A DNA stretch of 64,000 bases from Caecitellus pseudoparvulus (lineage: Eukaryota > Protista > Bigyra: Bicosoecida). The first letter of the stretch is position 1. Each line of letters opens with the position of its first letter. The stretch spans positions 1 through 64,000 of the forward strand of contig CBFFRQ010000027.1 in NCBI GenBank assembly GCA_965644315.1, read 5' to 3'. This document shows positions 50,921 to 64,000 of this stretch, piece after piece. The notes beneath the pieces were generated by a model. That model was not told the DNA's origin, did not search any database, and saw only the letters and a list, made by a program, of their open reading frames with translations. Made by a program: the position numbers and the translations under genes.

Positions 50921-53900
50921 ATGCTGCACATGCACCTGACGCCGCTGGAGCGCAAGGCATTTGATCGGGGGGACATGCCACCGCCCAGCTCCCGCATCTG
51001 GAAGCGCGGCGCCTTTGCCGCGACGTTCGGCGATGCTTTTGTGGAAGGTGCGCCTGCCAGCTGCCGAGGCGCGTGTGTGCGCGCTCCCACCTCCTGAACG
51101 CCGCGAGCTGCGCAGGAACTGACCTTGAGGGTGGGCTCATCGCGCCGAGCCTGAAGGTGATGAGCGACACGCTGCATCGAGTCGTGGCGCGGGGCACGGA
51201 CATGGAGTTAGATGACAAGACAACTTCCGCCATCCTGTGCTTTGCCTCCAAGTGCGCACGGGGGGCTGGCTTTGACAAGGTGCGCAGTGTCGGCCGCCGC
51301 ATTTTCCGCACCCTGCTCACGGCGTTCTGCATGCTCCTAGCGCAGTGGGACCGCTTTGAAATCCCAGAGTACCTGGAGCGACTGCATGGGTACCTGAAAT
51401 CGCTGAAGCCCGGGGACTATGCCGTGCTGCCGGGAGGTACGTGGCGTCCGCACGCTGTCCGCGGCGTGTGTCCGCCTCACCACGCCAACTGCCTCGACCT
51501 TGCAGGGTGGAGAACCGGCGCTGGCGGCCACGCCATCATCAATGTCGTGGAGCGCAACGCAGATGGAAGTGCACGGTTCACCGTGTGCAACTCGGGGCAG
51601 GGCTTGGGGCACCACCCTCAGTCCACGAAGGCCTTCCCAAGCATGGCTGCGTTGGGCAGCATGTCCCTGGACAACATCCCCTGGAGCCGCGTGGTGGACC
51701 CAGGCTTCCTCTTCTCCCTCGTGAACTTGTTCACCAACAACAGGTCGCACGAGAGCGTCGGGTACTTCTACGACGTGCTCATGCCGCACCTGGCAGGGGA
51801 GCCGCTGAACACCGCCGTGGCTCGCACAGAGCAGGTGCAGGATTGGGACACGCCCCAGCGAGCAGGGACGTGCTTTTACCGGTGCTGCCTGGTGGCCCTG
51901 CGCTACTGCCTGCGCCGTGCTGGCCTGACCAAGGTGCAGGTGAAGTCCACGAAGCTGGCCATGCGCGTAGAGTTCATGCGCTGGGCGCTGTTCGACCTGC
52001 GCCGGGGCGGGGATGTGGAGGAGGAGGACCAGGAGGCCATGGAGGAGTGGCGCCGGGGCCTGCTGGACATGTCGGGGGACGGCTCCGGCCCCCGCACCTC
52101 CCGCACCGCCCTGCGCCTGGAGCGTCTGGGCGTCCTGCCCCCACTCCGTGACGCCAAGGGGGGGCAAGAGGGGGAGGAGGGGGGGGGTGCGGCGGAGAGC
52201 AAGGAGGGGGATGCCGCCCCTGACGTGCCTGCCCCCGTGCCAGGGCTGGAGGTGCCGCACACCCTGGACACCCTGCCCGCCCTGCCCGAGGCGGAGCCGG
52301 TGGAGGGGCCGCTCCTGCTGCCCGAGAGCCAGCTCATCATGCTGGGCATCGCTTGCCAGCAGACGGCCCACGCGGCGCTGAAGCACCGGGAGCGCGAGGG
52401 GGGCCTGGACGAAGCTGGCCTGCAGCGCATCACGGCCGTCATCGAGGAGGTCAAGGCCGCCATGACCAGCGACAACGTCAAGGTGGTGGGCACCTCCGAC
52501 GCCCTGCCGCCCAAGCTGGACCTGCGCACTGTCGCCACGGCCTTCCAGCCCTTCGGCAACATGGACCTGCTGGCCAACACAGAGGACGCCTCGCGCTTCG
52601 CAGGCAAGTCCAAGGGCGAGCTGCCCGACCCTTACGTGGACCTGTGCGAGGGCGCGCCGCCTCTGTACACGCCTGCCGGCCGCCCTGTGCCTGGGCAGTG
52701 GGGGGACATGATGGCCCTCATGCGCCGCGTACTGCAGCGCTGCCACAAGCTGGAACAGAAGGCGTCCGTCACCTCCGCGCGGACGTCTGCGCACCAACGC
52801 CTGGCGCTGGTGCAGCACGTTATCCTGCACCGCATGCCCGTGCCTGTGGCGTGGACTGCGGAGCGGGCGGCGGCGGACCCGGCAGACGTGGCTGATGCGT
52901 GGACCCCCGAGGAGCTGTCGCTGGAGGACCAGCGGGGCATGCTGGTGTTCCTCTTCCGCCTCATGGCGTACCTCGTGTCCAGCATGAAGTCGGTGTCCTA
53001 CGAGCGCCTCATGGCGGGGGCCCACCTTATCTGCTGCGCCAAGGTCACCGCCATCATCCAGCACGTCGCGTGCCTGGTGCCCAACGTCGACCGCCCCGCT
53101 GGTGCCGACGCTGAAGCGTGCATGGCCCAGGCCAGCCCCGTCACCCAGCTGATGGTGGGCTGTGGCCCAGCGGCGGCGTTCTTGCAGGAGGTGTACGGGG
53201 AGGCGGAGGCGGCTGCCACAGCGGGCCAGGCCAAGGGAGGCCTTGTGCGCGAGGCGGTGGAGTACCACGAGACCAAGCCTGGCGCAGCTGAGGCCGCCCT
53301 GGAGTCCAAGGGTGATGGGGAGGCTTCCGCCTCGGCCAAGGCTGCGAGCAGCAGCGGGGCCGCAGGTGAAGGCGCCGACGGCGATGCCGACGCCGAAGGC
53401 GAGAAGGAAGAGGAGGAGGGGGAGGATGCAGTGGCGGCGGGCCGTGAGGCCGCTGCCACGGCGATCGGCTCCCTGGCCACCCGGGAGTCCGTCGCCATCA
53501 AGGGCACTCTGCCGCCTGTTGCGCCAGTGCACGTGCTGGGGTTCGTCAGCGCCGCCCAGTTCGACCTGGCAGGCATGACAGATACGTGCCTGGTGACGGA
53601 GCCGGCGGCTGCGGTGGCACGCGGCGACCTCATCCGCTACTTCCGTGACACGGAGAAGGGGCAGGTGGTGCGCTTGTTCCACTACAACACCGTCCTGGCC
53701 ATCACTGAGGACGACCCCGTGTTCCTCTTCTCACGCGCCCTGGCCCTGGCCCTGGGCAAGCGCTGGTCCAAGCCCTTCGGGCGGTACCGCATCCCCAAGA
53801 CCGCCCTGGAGCGCACCATGATGTGGTTCACCGCGGGATTCGACCAGATGCCCGAGTTTGACATCCTGCGCGACATGGGGCTGCTGATCAAGTTGGTGAC

Positions 53901-56900
53901 CTTCCCTGACCCTTCACGGCGGCTGTTTGGCGGGGAGTTCACCTCCAGCACCTGCACGCCGCAGTGGCACGACTACTTCGACATGATGCCCCTGCCGGGG
54001 GGCAAGTGGGCTGCCGTCATCCGCGTCAGCTGCCTGTCGCGGTCCAACATGCCGCCCTTCCCCATCCCCCCCCACACCCTGGACATGTCCACAGTGTGCG
54101 CCTTCGTGGAGGGCGTGGAGAAGCGCGTCAAGGGCAAGTATGCCGGGCCGGTGGACACCACGAACATGAACTGGGACTACCCCCTCGCCACGGCGGAGAC
54201 GGTGCGGCAGGCCAAGGAAGCCGCCTCTCGGACGTCGCCTGGCACGCAGCTGCACCGCCTGGTGTCTGAGGAGGACATCCTGCACGTGAAGCGCCTGCCG
54301 TTCGACGGCGTGCTGTCCCGCCAGGAGTGCGAGGAGCTCATGTGCCTGCTGACGGCGCCGTACGTCCGCATCCCGCTGGTGCTCAACTTCTTCGCCAACA
54401 ACCGACTGGGGGCGCTGTTCGACCCCAGCATCCGGCGCCTCATCGAACGCATCCTGTTCGAGCCCCTCGCATACGCGCCAGAGGAGGCGAGCGCCGCGGG
54501 GGCAGCAGCGGGCGAGGCACCCCCCCTGGAAGACGCCCTGAAGACCACCACCATCTCCACCGTGCCGCTGAGGGAGGACATTGACGGCAACGTCGTGCTG
54601 CCAGATGGAGCCGGCAGCAAGCGGCAGACGACGACGGCAGCCAACACCTTCTCAGCCTTCGGCACTCGGTACGGCCTGCTAGCCAATGAGCTGCAGGCAC
54701 ACCCTGGGAACGTCGTGCGGCCCATCATTGAGCTGGCGCAGCAAGTGGACGACAACTGCACGGGGTCCTTCACCTCCTCCTTCGTCACCCTGCTCGTGTA
54801 CATCCTGCGCCTGGCTGTGGACGTGGAGGGGTTCCTCGTCTTCGTCTGCAAGCACGCCGATGCTATGCCGCTGGGGACCGCCAGCACTGCTGAGGCCAAG
54901 CACTGGCTTCGACAGCTGCGCCTTATTACACGAGGCGTGCTGCTGAAGCGCCTGGAAGGCTACATCAGCGAGGCAGAGGAGTGCGTGGCCAGCGAAGACT
55001 CCGGCAGCGGACAGAAGTCTGGCAGTGTTCCCCTCCCGCCAAGCGGCGGCGGCAAGCGCCCCGGAGGGCGTGGTGGGCCTGGTAGCACCAGCCGCGCCCT
55101 GCTGGCTCTGTCCCGCTTACACGCGCACCGTGCGCTTGTGTTCAAGCACGGCGGCTTCAACCCCGACGCAGACGAGGTGGCTGTGCCTCTCTCTGCCCCC
55201 GAGGCGCTGCAGCTGCTGTCTTCCATCGCCCAGTGCAACGCCTGGACCACAACGTCCTCCTCCCCCCTCATGGAGAAGGCCCTGTCCAAGACTGCCAAGC
55301 TCGACAGCGGGCGCGGCGGCCCCAGCCACAGAGGCAACAGGGCCGGCTCCACGGCGCCAGTGTTCAAGAAGGGCACACGGGAGGCAGCGTACCCCGAACG
55401 AGACGGGCTGACGTACTGGGTGCCCATGGCAGCTGTGGCCGCGGTGCTGCAGGCACAGCGTGAGGCAGCCATCCACGCCCTGCAGTCTGCCGCGCTCCCG
55501 AGCATCAGCAGCGCCAGCCGCCAGCTGAATGCCTCCCTGAACGCCATTGTGGCTTGTGCAGCCGGCAAGGCGGCCAGCACCTCCATGCTGTGGAAGCCCG
55601 TGTTCAAGACCGACCTGCGGTGCAAGCGCGTCATTGAGACGCCACACCCCTGCAGCAACAGCGGCACGCAGCTGTGGCACGTGCACTTCCCCGGCTCCAA
55701 GCGCATCGTGCTGAGCGTGGACAGCAAGTCACGCATGGGGCAAGGGCACTTGACCTTCTTCAAGGACGCCAACTGCAACTCGCACTGGGGCCGGGAGAAG
55801 GTCTCAGACAACTACGGCAGCGGTGGCAATGGCTTCTACGGTGTGGGGGGCACGCCTCCCCTCATCATCCCCACTGATGAGTTCTACGTCGGGTACATCA
55901 CGCCACCCGAGCCCACCCGCCCCCTGCACCTGGCGAAGAAGGAGGAATCGCAAGCCGGCTACAGCACCCAGTACGAGAAGGTGTGGGGCTTCAAGCTCAC
56001 CATCGAGGCATCTGTGGATGCGAGCACGGCTGTGGAGCTGTCCAAGGAGCCGATTCCCGAGGGCGCCGGCACCGCGGGTGACGCTGGGCGCACGTGGCCC
56101 CTCGGCTGGGCGTATGACGCCCTGGCTCGCGCTGGGAACGTCAAGGCAGAGGCTGTGCGCCTGCTGGGGGAGCGCCTGGCGTCGGAGCCGTTGCCGCGGG
56201 AAGGGCAGGTGGACTCGGCAGGCAGCGGGCTGTTCTCCAACCCCAACGGCATGGAGCTGAACCTGCAGACGTGCGAAGTGTACCAAGGCGGCCGCCAGCT
56301 GCTGCCAACGCCACAGACAGTGCGGTCTTCCGAGGAGTACAAGGCAGTGTTCAAGAGCGAGAACCCGCTCTGTGGCGTGCACGAAATTCGCGGCCAGTGC
56401 TCGACGTACTCGCTGGACAGCGGCAAGCACACGTACTTCATGACCGAGTGGAAGACGGCACAGGCTCCCACACACGAGCTGGTGCGCAGCGGCCCCGACA
56501 TCGCCCCTGCCATCGACAAGCTCAGCGCTCCAGAGTCCGAGGCAGGAGCAGCCATGCAGCGCGCCAGCTCCCAGTCTGTGCTGCATGGCCTGGAGGTGAT
56601 CAACCTGCACCACTCCAGCCGGATGTCGGCTCCCGCCTTTGGCACTGCAGATGAAGATGAAGCAGGCAGCTTCCTGCGCAACCTGCCTGACCTGCCGGCC
56701 GATTCGGAGGATGCGCTGAGGGCGGCGGTGTCTGCCCGCACTTCTGCGGACGAGGAGCGGTACCGCGTGTCCAAGACACCTGTGGACGCGCTGGATGTCA
56801 GCACCATGAAGGAGCTGCAACAAGACGCCGCCGTGACGGACAGTGAGGTGTACTACGGCTGCCCCCGTGTGGTGGAGGGTGTGCTGCAGTGGCAAGGCGA

Positions 56901-59900
56901 AGCGTACAGTGAAGCGTACCGCCGACAGAGCTGTGGCTGGGTGAGCGACGTGCTGGAGAAGTGTGAGGACCTGCCAGACACGATGAAGGGCGACGCTTGG
57001 GTGTCCCTGGTCATCCGGCACCCAGAGGGGCTGGCTGAGAAGGTCAAGGCGCACTATGAGTCCTTCGACGCGAGCTCCCAGTCAGGCAGCGTGTCGCTGC
57101 CTGGAGCCCGGGATGAGGACGAGGTGCTGGGGCGCATGCTGCTGACGAAGACGCTGTCGTCTGACTACCACTACGACTACCGGTCAGAGACGGGGGACGA
57201 CGAGGGCGGCACCAGCACAGGCCCGCCTGACTTCTGGATGGAGATCCAAATCATGCGGTACCGCAAGGAGGTGCGCATCTTCGTCCTGAGGGAGCTCGCC
57301 CGCAGGGCCACGCGGTCCTTCGTCTTCTCCACGGATGGCCGCTACGCCAACAAGTTCTACCTGTCCACCCTGCTGAACGCCCGTGCCTTCCCGTGGTTGA
57401 AGAATGCCCGCTTCGCCTCGTGCAACTCATCCGAGTCGTACGCTGACCGACACTACTACGGCGGCAGTCCTGACGTTGTCATTACACGGCGCTTGCAAGC
57501 GTCTCGAGATGCAGAGGAAGGTGCAGACGAGGACTCCACCCAGGAGGATGACGACGACGCTGCCAGTGGCGCGGGCAGCTCAGACAGCGAGGGCGAAGGC
57601 GCGGGCAGCTCCGGCGCGTCGTCAGACCCAAGCTCCCTGGCCATGTCCATCCTCGCGTCTCAGGAGGAGACCTTCCTGCCACCCACCGTGCTGTCCTCCC
57701 TGCTTCCTGACGGCATTTGCAGTCAGTACGACTTCTGGCTGTCGGGGAAACCCTCGGGCACCAGGGAGGTCGTCAGCTTCCGAGGGTACCCTAGATCTTT
57801 CCGCGCCGGCCGCACATTCCTGGAATTGGATTTGAAGCGCGTGCCCCGCCTGTCTGATGGAAAAGAGACCTTGCAGTGGGAGGCATGGGTGCGGCGGTTC
57901 ACCCTTGCCGCGTCCACCCACAGACGGACCGCCTCAGGCGCTGCTGCGGGTGACGGCGACAGCGAACCCACCATCCGCATCGCAAAGATCGAGCTGCTCC
58001 TGGACGCCTCCCGTGCCGCCGTGGGCAGCACGCTGGAGAAGATCGCTTCGGTCATGCTGCGCATGGAGGGCCTGTCGGACACGTTGTTCTGGTCCGAACT
58101 GCCTGTTCCGTCTGAGGACGCGTGGACGTTCAAGCAGCCAGACGGCACGCTGGCAGTGCCGCCTTGCGAGGTGCAGCCTGGCGCAGACGTCGCCGTGAGC
58201 AAGGTGGAGGTGCTCTCCCTCGGATGCAGCTTCACGCCCAAGGGTGCGTCTGCCTGGCTGCAGTCCCGCCGCGCCGAGACGCTGGGCGACCACGCCTCAG
58301 GCGTGCGCCTCATGAGCGACGACTTCGACGGGCTGTACGTCAGCGACGCGCGGTCCTCCGAGCTGGCCCGGCACTTGCACGGCATGCCCTTCGCCATCGT
58401 GCTGGAGAACGAGCAGCTGGAGCAGTTCATCATGGCGCCCAACTACCCCGTCGTGAACACCAAGGTGAGTCGGGGCTCCCCCTTCTCCACGGAAATCACC
58501 GCCACCCGAGACCCAGACTGGCGGAGGTCGGTGAACACGCGGTACTACCTGTACGCGCTGCACCGTTCAGGCGCCTTCTTGACGTGCCCCTCCGTGGGTG
58601 CCGCGTTCTACCTCGTCCGGCTCGCGATGTATGCTCGGGACTACCGTCGGGCCAGCGAGCTGCTGCGCGCCGCGTACAAGGACTCGTCCATGACTGGCGA
58701 GGAGCAGTTCATGTTCAACGCCCTGCTGCAGTGCAGCGGCGACCAGCACCCGGATGCACATGCGCTGCGTCTGCACTGCGCCCTGATCGGCAACGCCTCC
58801 GGCATCTTCGACTCCCTGAAAGAAGTGCGCCTCATCGGCAGCAAGCAGGGCCACCGCAACGTGGGGCGCAGCGTCAGGGGCTCAGGTGCCCGCGAGTGGC
58901 AGCGAGTGATTGAGAACGACCTCGGGTCGTACATGGCCAAAGAAGACCACGTCGGCTTCTACGCAACCCTGACCCCTGTGCAGTTGCAAGAGCTGGGGCG
59001 TGCGGCGTGTCTCAGCGGCGCCGCCCTCATTCCTTACTTGGCTGCGGCAGTGGACTGCGGGCCCTCCCAGTCAGCCGACGTGGTGCCGCCGCCACCCTCT
59101 GGCTCCCTGCGCTTGGAGCGCCTGCCATCGCGCCTCGCCGCCACTGACGAAGGCGGACAGCTGGTGCGGCTGTACAAGGCCGTGAGCAGCAGCTCCATGT
59201 GCATGGGCACAGCTGGCCTCGTGAAGCCCCACTTGCCCAAACCTGGCCGGTACTACATGCATGTGGCCTTTGCCAAGGCCAAGCACATGGAGTTGACAGC
59301 CAGTAAGGCTAGCGAGCTGCCACCCGGGGCGACACTGAAGTTCTTCCTGGACGCGGAGTTCACAAAGCAGGTGGGCCCCGAGTACTCAGGCTCAGCCATG
59401 GTGGTGGACAAGGAGACGAACCCCAACCTCAAGGGCCGGATGCAGTTCTCGGAGCACTCCTGGCGCCAAGGGCAGCGTGTCGTGTTCAAGCCCAACTGGT
59501 CGGGCGTCAAGGGGGAGCGCCCCGTGACCCTCTTCACAGACTCTGTGTATGTCGTCATGGACTACTTGCCGGAGGGCTGTGACAAAGATGCAGTGCTGGC
59601 AGGCGACCCCATCGATGCCTCCGCCCAAACGGACAGCACTGCTCAGCACTTCACTGGAGTGGTGCAGGCGGGCCTCAAAGCCATTGACACCTCCGAGATC
59701 CAGCGTGGGGACGAGGACCTCCCCTACACCTTCGACCTTCGCTTCACTGCAGTGGCGCCTGTCTCTGCCGTGCCGTGGGGCCCCAGCGTCGAGGCGGGCA
59801 TGGCGGAACTGAAGGCATTGAGGGAGCGCCACGCACAGGACACCACTGAAGCCGGCAAGGGCTCCCCTCCACCGTCTGTCAGCTGGTGGCGGGACGAGGA

Positions 59901-62900
59901 CATGATCTTGAAGGACCCCGACGGGCATTACGTCAAGTTGGATCTGATTGCGCAGGCTGAAGAGAGCATCACGGACTCGAACCTCTTCGCCATGCTGCAT
60001 TCCTGCTTGTCAACGCTGCGCCCACGAGCGGACGGCGTCTTTTTGTCAGAGCTGTACCACGTCCTGCCCTTCCCCGGGGACTTCTCCTCCGGTCAGCGCG
60101 ACTGGACACCGACTGTCACCAACGCGCTCAGTGACGCGACGTACCTGGGGCAGGCCTACATCGGCTTCTTCCTGCCTCTCTACTGCATGCTGGTCGGCCA
60201 ACACCGCCTGGACATCTTCCGCGAGACGGAGACGGAGACGGAGCGACGGAAGGAGGAAGTGACGAGGAAGGCCGCCGCGGCAGCCGCTGAGAAGTGGGAC
60301 ATGGAAGAGGCGGAGCGCCGAAAGCGAGCTGCAGAGGCCAGTACAGAGGGTGACAGCGGGGCGCAGACCGAGGACGCTGCTGAGGCGGCAGAGTTTGCCC
60401 TCGGCGGCGGAGCCGCGGCTGCAGTCGTGGAGGATACCACGCCTCAGCCTTCCCGCGCACGCGAGGCCGCCATCGAAGCAGCTGTGACAGCGGCCCAAGA
60501 AGAGCTGGGCGCCGAGATGCTGCATGAGATGCGCCAGTTCGGCAACCCTGCTCCAGGCACTGCGACGCTGGTGAAACTCATGGCGGCAAGCATGATGGAT
60601 GCTCTGGAGAGGTCCAACATGCACTCGCACAATTCGACGCTGGCGTCGCTGCAGGACCGGCGCATGGCGGTGGCGATCCTGCTCCTGTTCGCCGTCGCGG
60701 CAGAGCACGACGCGCAGTACGGCGACGCCGTCAAGTTGACGGCTGCACTGCCGGAGTTGCCGCTGTCGCACGCTGCGGCCGTGAGGATGGTGTACGAGGA
60801 TGCGGGCGTGCTGAAGCCCACGACGGCTGCTGGGATCGCCCTGCGCGAGGAGCTGGACCGCAAGATCGAAATGGTCAAGGCGTCGAGGCCGGCACTGGCT
60901 TCTGCGCGAACGCTGCGGCACCTGAAGAACCCCTTCCGACGGGGGCGCGTCAAGTCGTCTCAGTCGCACAACCGACGTGGCGATGAGGGCGTGCTGAAGC
61001 AGACCGACGACATTTTCCAGCGCGTGTTCGAGAAGAAGATTTTCCGTGCTGCCGCCATGATCGCCTCCTCCTCATACTTGCGCTTCAAGTACCTGCGCGA
61101 GCCCACACCCATGTACGTCATGATCGAGGGGGCGCTTTCGCACCACGTGCGCATCCAGCCGCGGCATATTCACCCCCAGAAACAACCGAAAGCGTCCAAC
61201 TACCAGCGGAGGGCGTTCTCGCTTCCCACGACTGACGTGTCCAGGGAGGTGGTGGAGACGCTGAGCCAGCCTCTCTCTGACTGCGCTGCGTTCGTGGAGG
61301 CTGAGAGCGAGGCAGCAGCAGTTGCTTCGGAGGCCGCTTCTGCAGCACTGTCACTCGACAGCCTGCCGTTTGAAGTGCGCCACCTGTCCGTGGCACACTC
61401 GCACTCTGGCCAGCAGTTCCTGGAGCGCATGGAGGGCGATCTGCAGCGCAGCAGGGGCAAGTCCTCTGCCGCTGCTACACTGAAGGCACTGACCTCCGCC
61501 ACCGTGGGCCACATGAAGGCCGCTCTGTCCTCAGCGCTCTCACAGGGCAGCTTGGCGGACCTGGATGCCGACAGCCTGCGCGCCTTGGGCCCCCAGGCCA
61601 CCGAGGTTGTCGCAGGCCTGGCTGAGTTCTCGCGACACCTGCACGGCGTGCTGCACTCCTCTCAAGCTGCTACCTGGTCCGAAGCCGAGCGCCTGTACAC
61701 CGACGCCAACTCGGAAAACGTCGCCGGCACGCCCAGCACGTCAGACGCAGTGCTGTTCAGAGCTCGGCGACTCTCTGGCGTGCAGCCCATCGCAAGCCTG
61801 CTGCACGTCATGGGCAGCGTGCTGTCCACTGCTGGCGAGGCAGACTTGCAAGACTGCAACTCCTTCATCGGCCCAGACGAGTCGGACTCGCTCTTCGAGC
61901 GAGCTGCGTTGCTGATGATGCAGTCGGTACGGGCGAGCCAGGCGGCATCTGCCATGATGGAGGTGACTGGTCTGCTGAAGAAGCTGCAGGGGTGCTTCGT
62001 GGAGGCCTTGCAGTCTCTGCTTGTGCAGCCGCACCCCGGCTCTGCATCCGCGACCACAGCCCTCCTCCCGTCCGGCGCAGAGCTGGCGGCACTGTACCGC
62101 ACTGGCTTTGACTTTGTGCAAGCGCACGCCCTGTGCATGCAGGCTGCAACCGCCGTGCGTTCAGCCGTGGACACGCTGGCGGCAGCAGCTTCCGTGTCCT
62201 CCGAGGATGCCTTGCAGGCACTGCACCTGCACATGGCTGTCGGCACTTTCATGCTGGACTTTGACACAGACAAGCTGCTGCAAGACGTTGCCAGCGGCGC
62301 CGTCCAGAAGCTACTTGACTGCTTGCCGTCAGTGCGCGCTGGGTGCTGTGTGGAGGGGCAAGCGGTGCAGGCACATGTGCACCGCGAGGAGCCCAGCGTG
62401 GTCAGCGAGCGCCGTGTGGCAGTGACGCTGGACACGCTGTCCTCCAGCTCTGCCGCTGCCGCGCGCCGTCTTCGTCAGCAACGGCACTTCTTGGAGCAGA
62501 GCGACTCGGCCATTGCCTTCGACCCTCGCTTCCTGGCCTTTGAGTTTGTGCTGGGCCTTGTGCTGCGCAAGCGCCAGGTGGAGCTGGTGGAGGACTTCTA
62601 CGCGGCTGCCATGGCAGGCAAGTCCTCTGTGCACCAGATGCTCATGGGTATGGGCAAGACCAGCGTCATTTCGCCGCTGCTGGTGCTGATGCTGGCAGAC
62701 GGGCAGAGCTTGGTGACGCAGGTGGTGCCCGACGCCCTCTTGCACCAGACACAGGATGTGCTGCGGGCGCGCTTCAGCTCCATCATGCAGATCCAGATTT
62801 CCACCCTGGCCTTTGAGCGGTCCGACCCTGCGTTGGACACCGTGGACAAGCTGGAAGGCCTGCTGGACAGGGTCAACCGTGTGCGCCTGGACGGCGGCGT

Positions 62901-64000
62901 GATGGTGACGACGCCCGCTTCCCTGAAGAGCATGATGCTGCAGTACTTGGACTACTTGCAGAGTGTGCAGGCCAGTCAGAAGATGCTGGAGGTGTCACCC
63001 GGCGACCCGGCAGTGGAGGGCAAACTGAAGCTGTTCATGAACGCCCGCACGTCCCGCAGCAAGGAGCTGAAGGCGGACGTGCTGCGGGACATCATGCGCA
63101 TGTGGGGGCCCGCCACCCGCGGCCGCCTGTTGATGGACGAGGTGGACCTCATTTTGAACCCCCTCAAGTCGGAGTTGAACTTCCCCATCGGCGCCAAGGT
63201 GCCGCTGGACTTTAGCCCCTGGCGCTGGGAGTTCGCCATGCACCTCATGGACGCGGTGTTCTATGCGAGCGGGGAGAAGCTGACGCCCGGCGCGACGGGG
63301 CACGACATGCCCATCACCATCACCGCCGAGGGCATCCTGGATAAGCTGCGCGCGTGTGTGGACGAAGGCACGCGCCAGCTGGCCATCCAGCGCAAGCCTC
63401 ACCTGCTCATTCTCCAGGAAGACTTCTTCAACACGCACCTGCGGCCGCTGATGGCGCAGTGGTCTGCTGTGTGGTTCAACTACCACGCTGACGAGTTCCA
63501 CACACCAGGCGCCCCTGTCGCTGAGGCTGACTCTGCTGCCTTCATGATGTGCGACTTCACAGTCCCAGAGGGCTTGGCGGAACGCGTCGTGGCGGGCTGC
63601 ACGCCCATGGGCATGCAGGCGCTGAACTTGATCCGGGACTGGATGAACTCGTTGCTGTTCTTCTGCCTGTCCAAGGTGCACCGTGTGTCCTTCGGCGTGC
63701 TGCAGCAGCGCGACATGCACCGCCTGCGAACGCAGCACACCTCCTCCTCCACCACGCCGTCCCGCATGCTGAACGCTGTGCCCTTCGTCGGCAAGGACTC
63801 CCCCAGCCCCGCCTCGGAGTTCGCACACCCTGACGTGCTGGTGGGGTTGACGGTGCTGAGCTTCCGCTACTCCGGCCTCCGTGGCTCAGACGTCGCCAAG
63901 CTCGTCACGCAGCTCAAGAAGGACCTGTCCAGTGAGCCGGGCCCCTTCGAGTCTCGCAAGTCATACCAGCTGTTCGCAAAGTGGACCTCCCTCGCCGCCG
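50921..64000 (+). CDS. Giant multidomain protein (>4,200 aa, 3'-truncated): predicted Cys-protease domain, CUB-like domains, DUF3638-like P-loop and DUF3645-like motif
   Basis: Short 5' exons, then one exon from 51506 that reads in the same frame at both ends; the ORF track lists no closed ORF in that frame. Motifs: LPGGW...GGHAI...VCNSGQGL.HHP, PQRAGTC, ETPHP...WGFKLTI, QMLMGMGKTSVISPLL, LMDEVDLILNPLKSELNFP and AVPFVGKDSPS..SEFAHPDV. Start uncertain. Confidence 0.88.

Noticed and set aside
51337-63828. Many minus-strand ORFs up to 781 aa
   Set aside because: Antisense shadows of the GC-rich giant plus-strand exon, which carries all recognisable motifs.
12999-64000. Functional cluster of ubiquitin-system genes (UBL, OTU, PUB, giant protease)
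   Set aside because: Interspersed with unrelated housekeeping genes, and such domains are common in eukaryotes; no evidence beyond chance.

Overview
This is compact, GC-rich eukaryotic nuclear DNA, not prokaryotic: genes are split by short GT-AG introns (mostly ~65-130 nt; donors GTGCGT/GTGAGT/GTACGT) and intergenic gaps are tiny. Gene content and promoter motifs suggest a protist, probably a stramenopile (inference). Positions 1-~2.9 kb look like one end of a mobile element: the 5' end of a zinc-finger ORF running off the left edge, a divergent 5-exon orphan gene, and nine CTAG palindromes phased at 28-29 bp with variable spacers. Host genes follow in order: Ser/Thr kinase, PX-domain protein, a very large Rsm22/METTL17 homologue, an ankyrin-like orphan, a divergent pair of Pro-rich proteins (double ubiquitin-like; Tudor-like with five repeat blocks), UGPase, a second ankyrin-like orphan, TFIIH p44 (with a candidate intronic C/D snoRNA), two coiled-coil/low-complexity proteins, PPIL4, a long ankyrin-repeat protein, a Tudor/MBT-like OTU deubiquitinase, a DHRS7-like SDR, tRNA-Met, a PEX14-PUB fusion, a GH28 enzyme and PEN-2. 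The window ends inside a giant (>4,200 aa) protein absent from the ORF track, with a predicted His-Asn-Gln-Cys protease domain and a DUF3638/DUF3645-like P-loop region. Exon models and domain calls are by eye from motifs; no database search was run.
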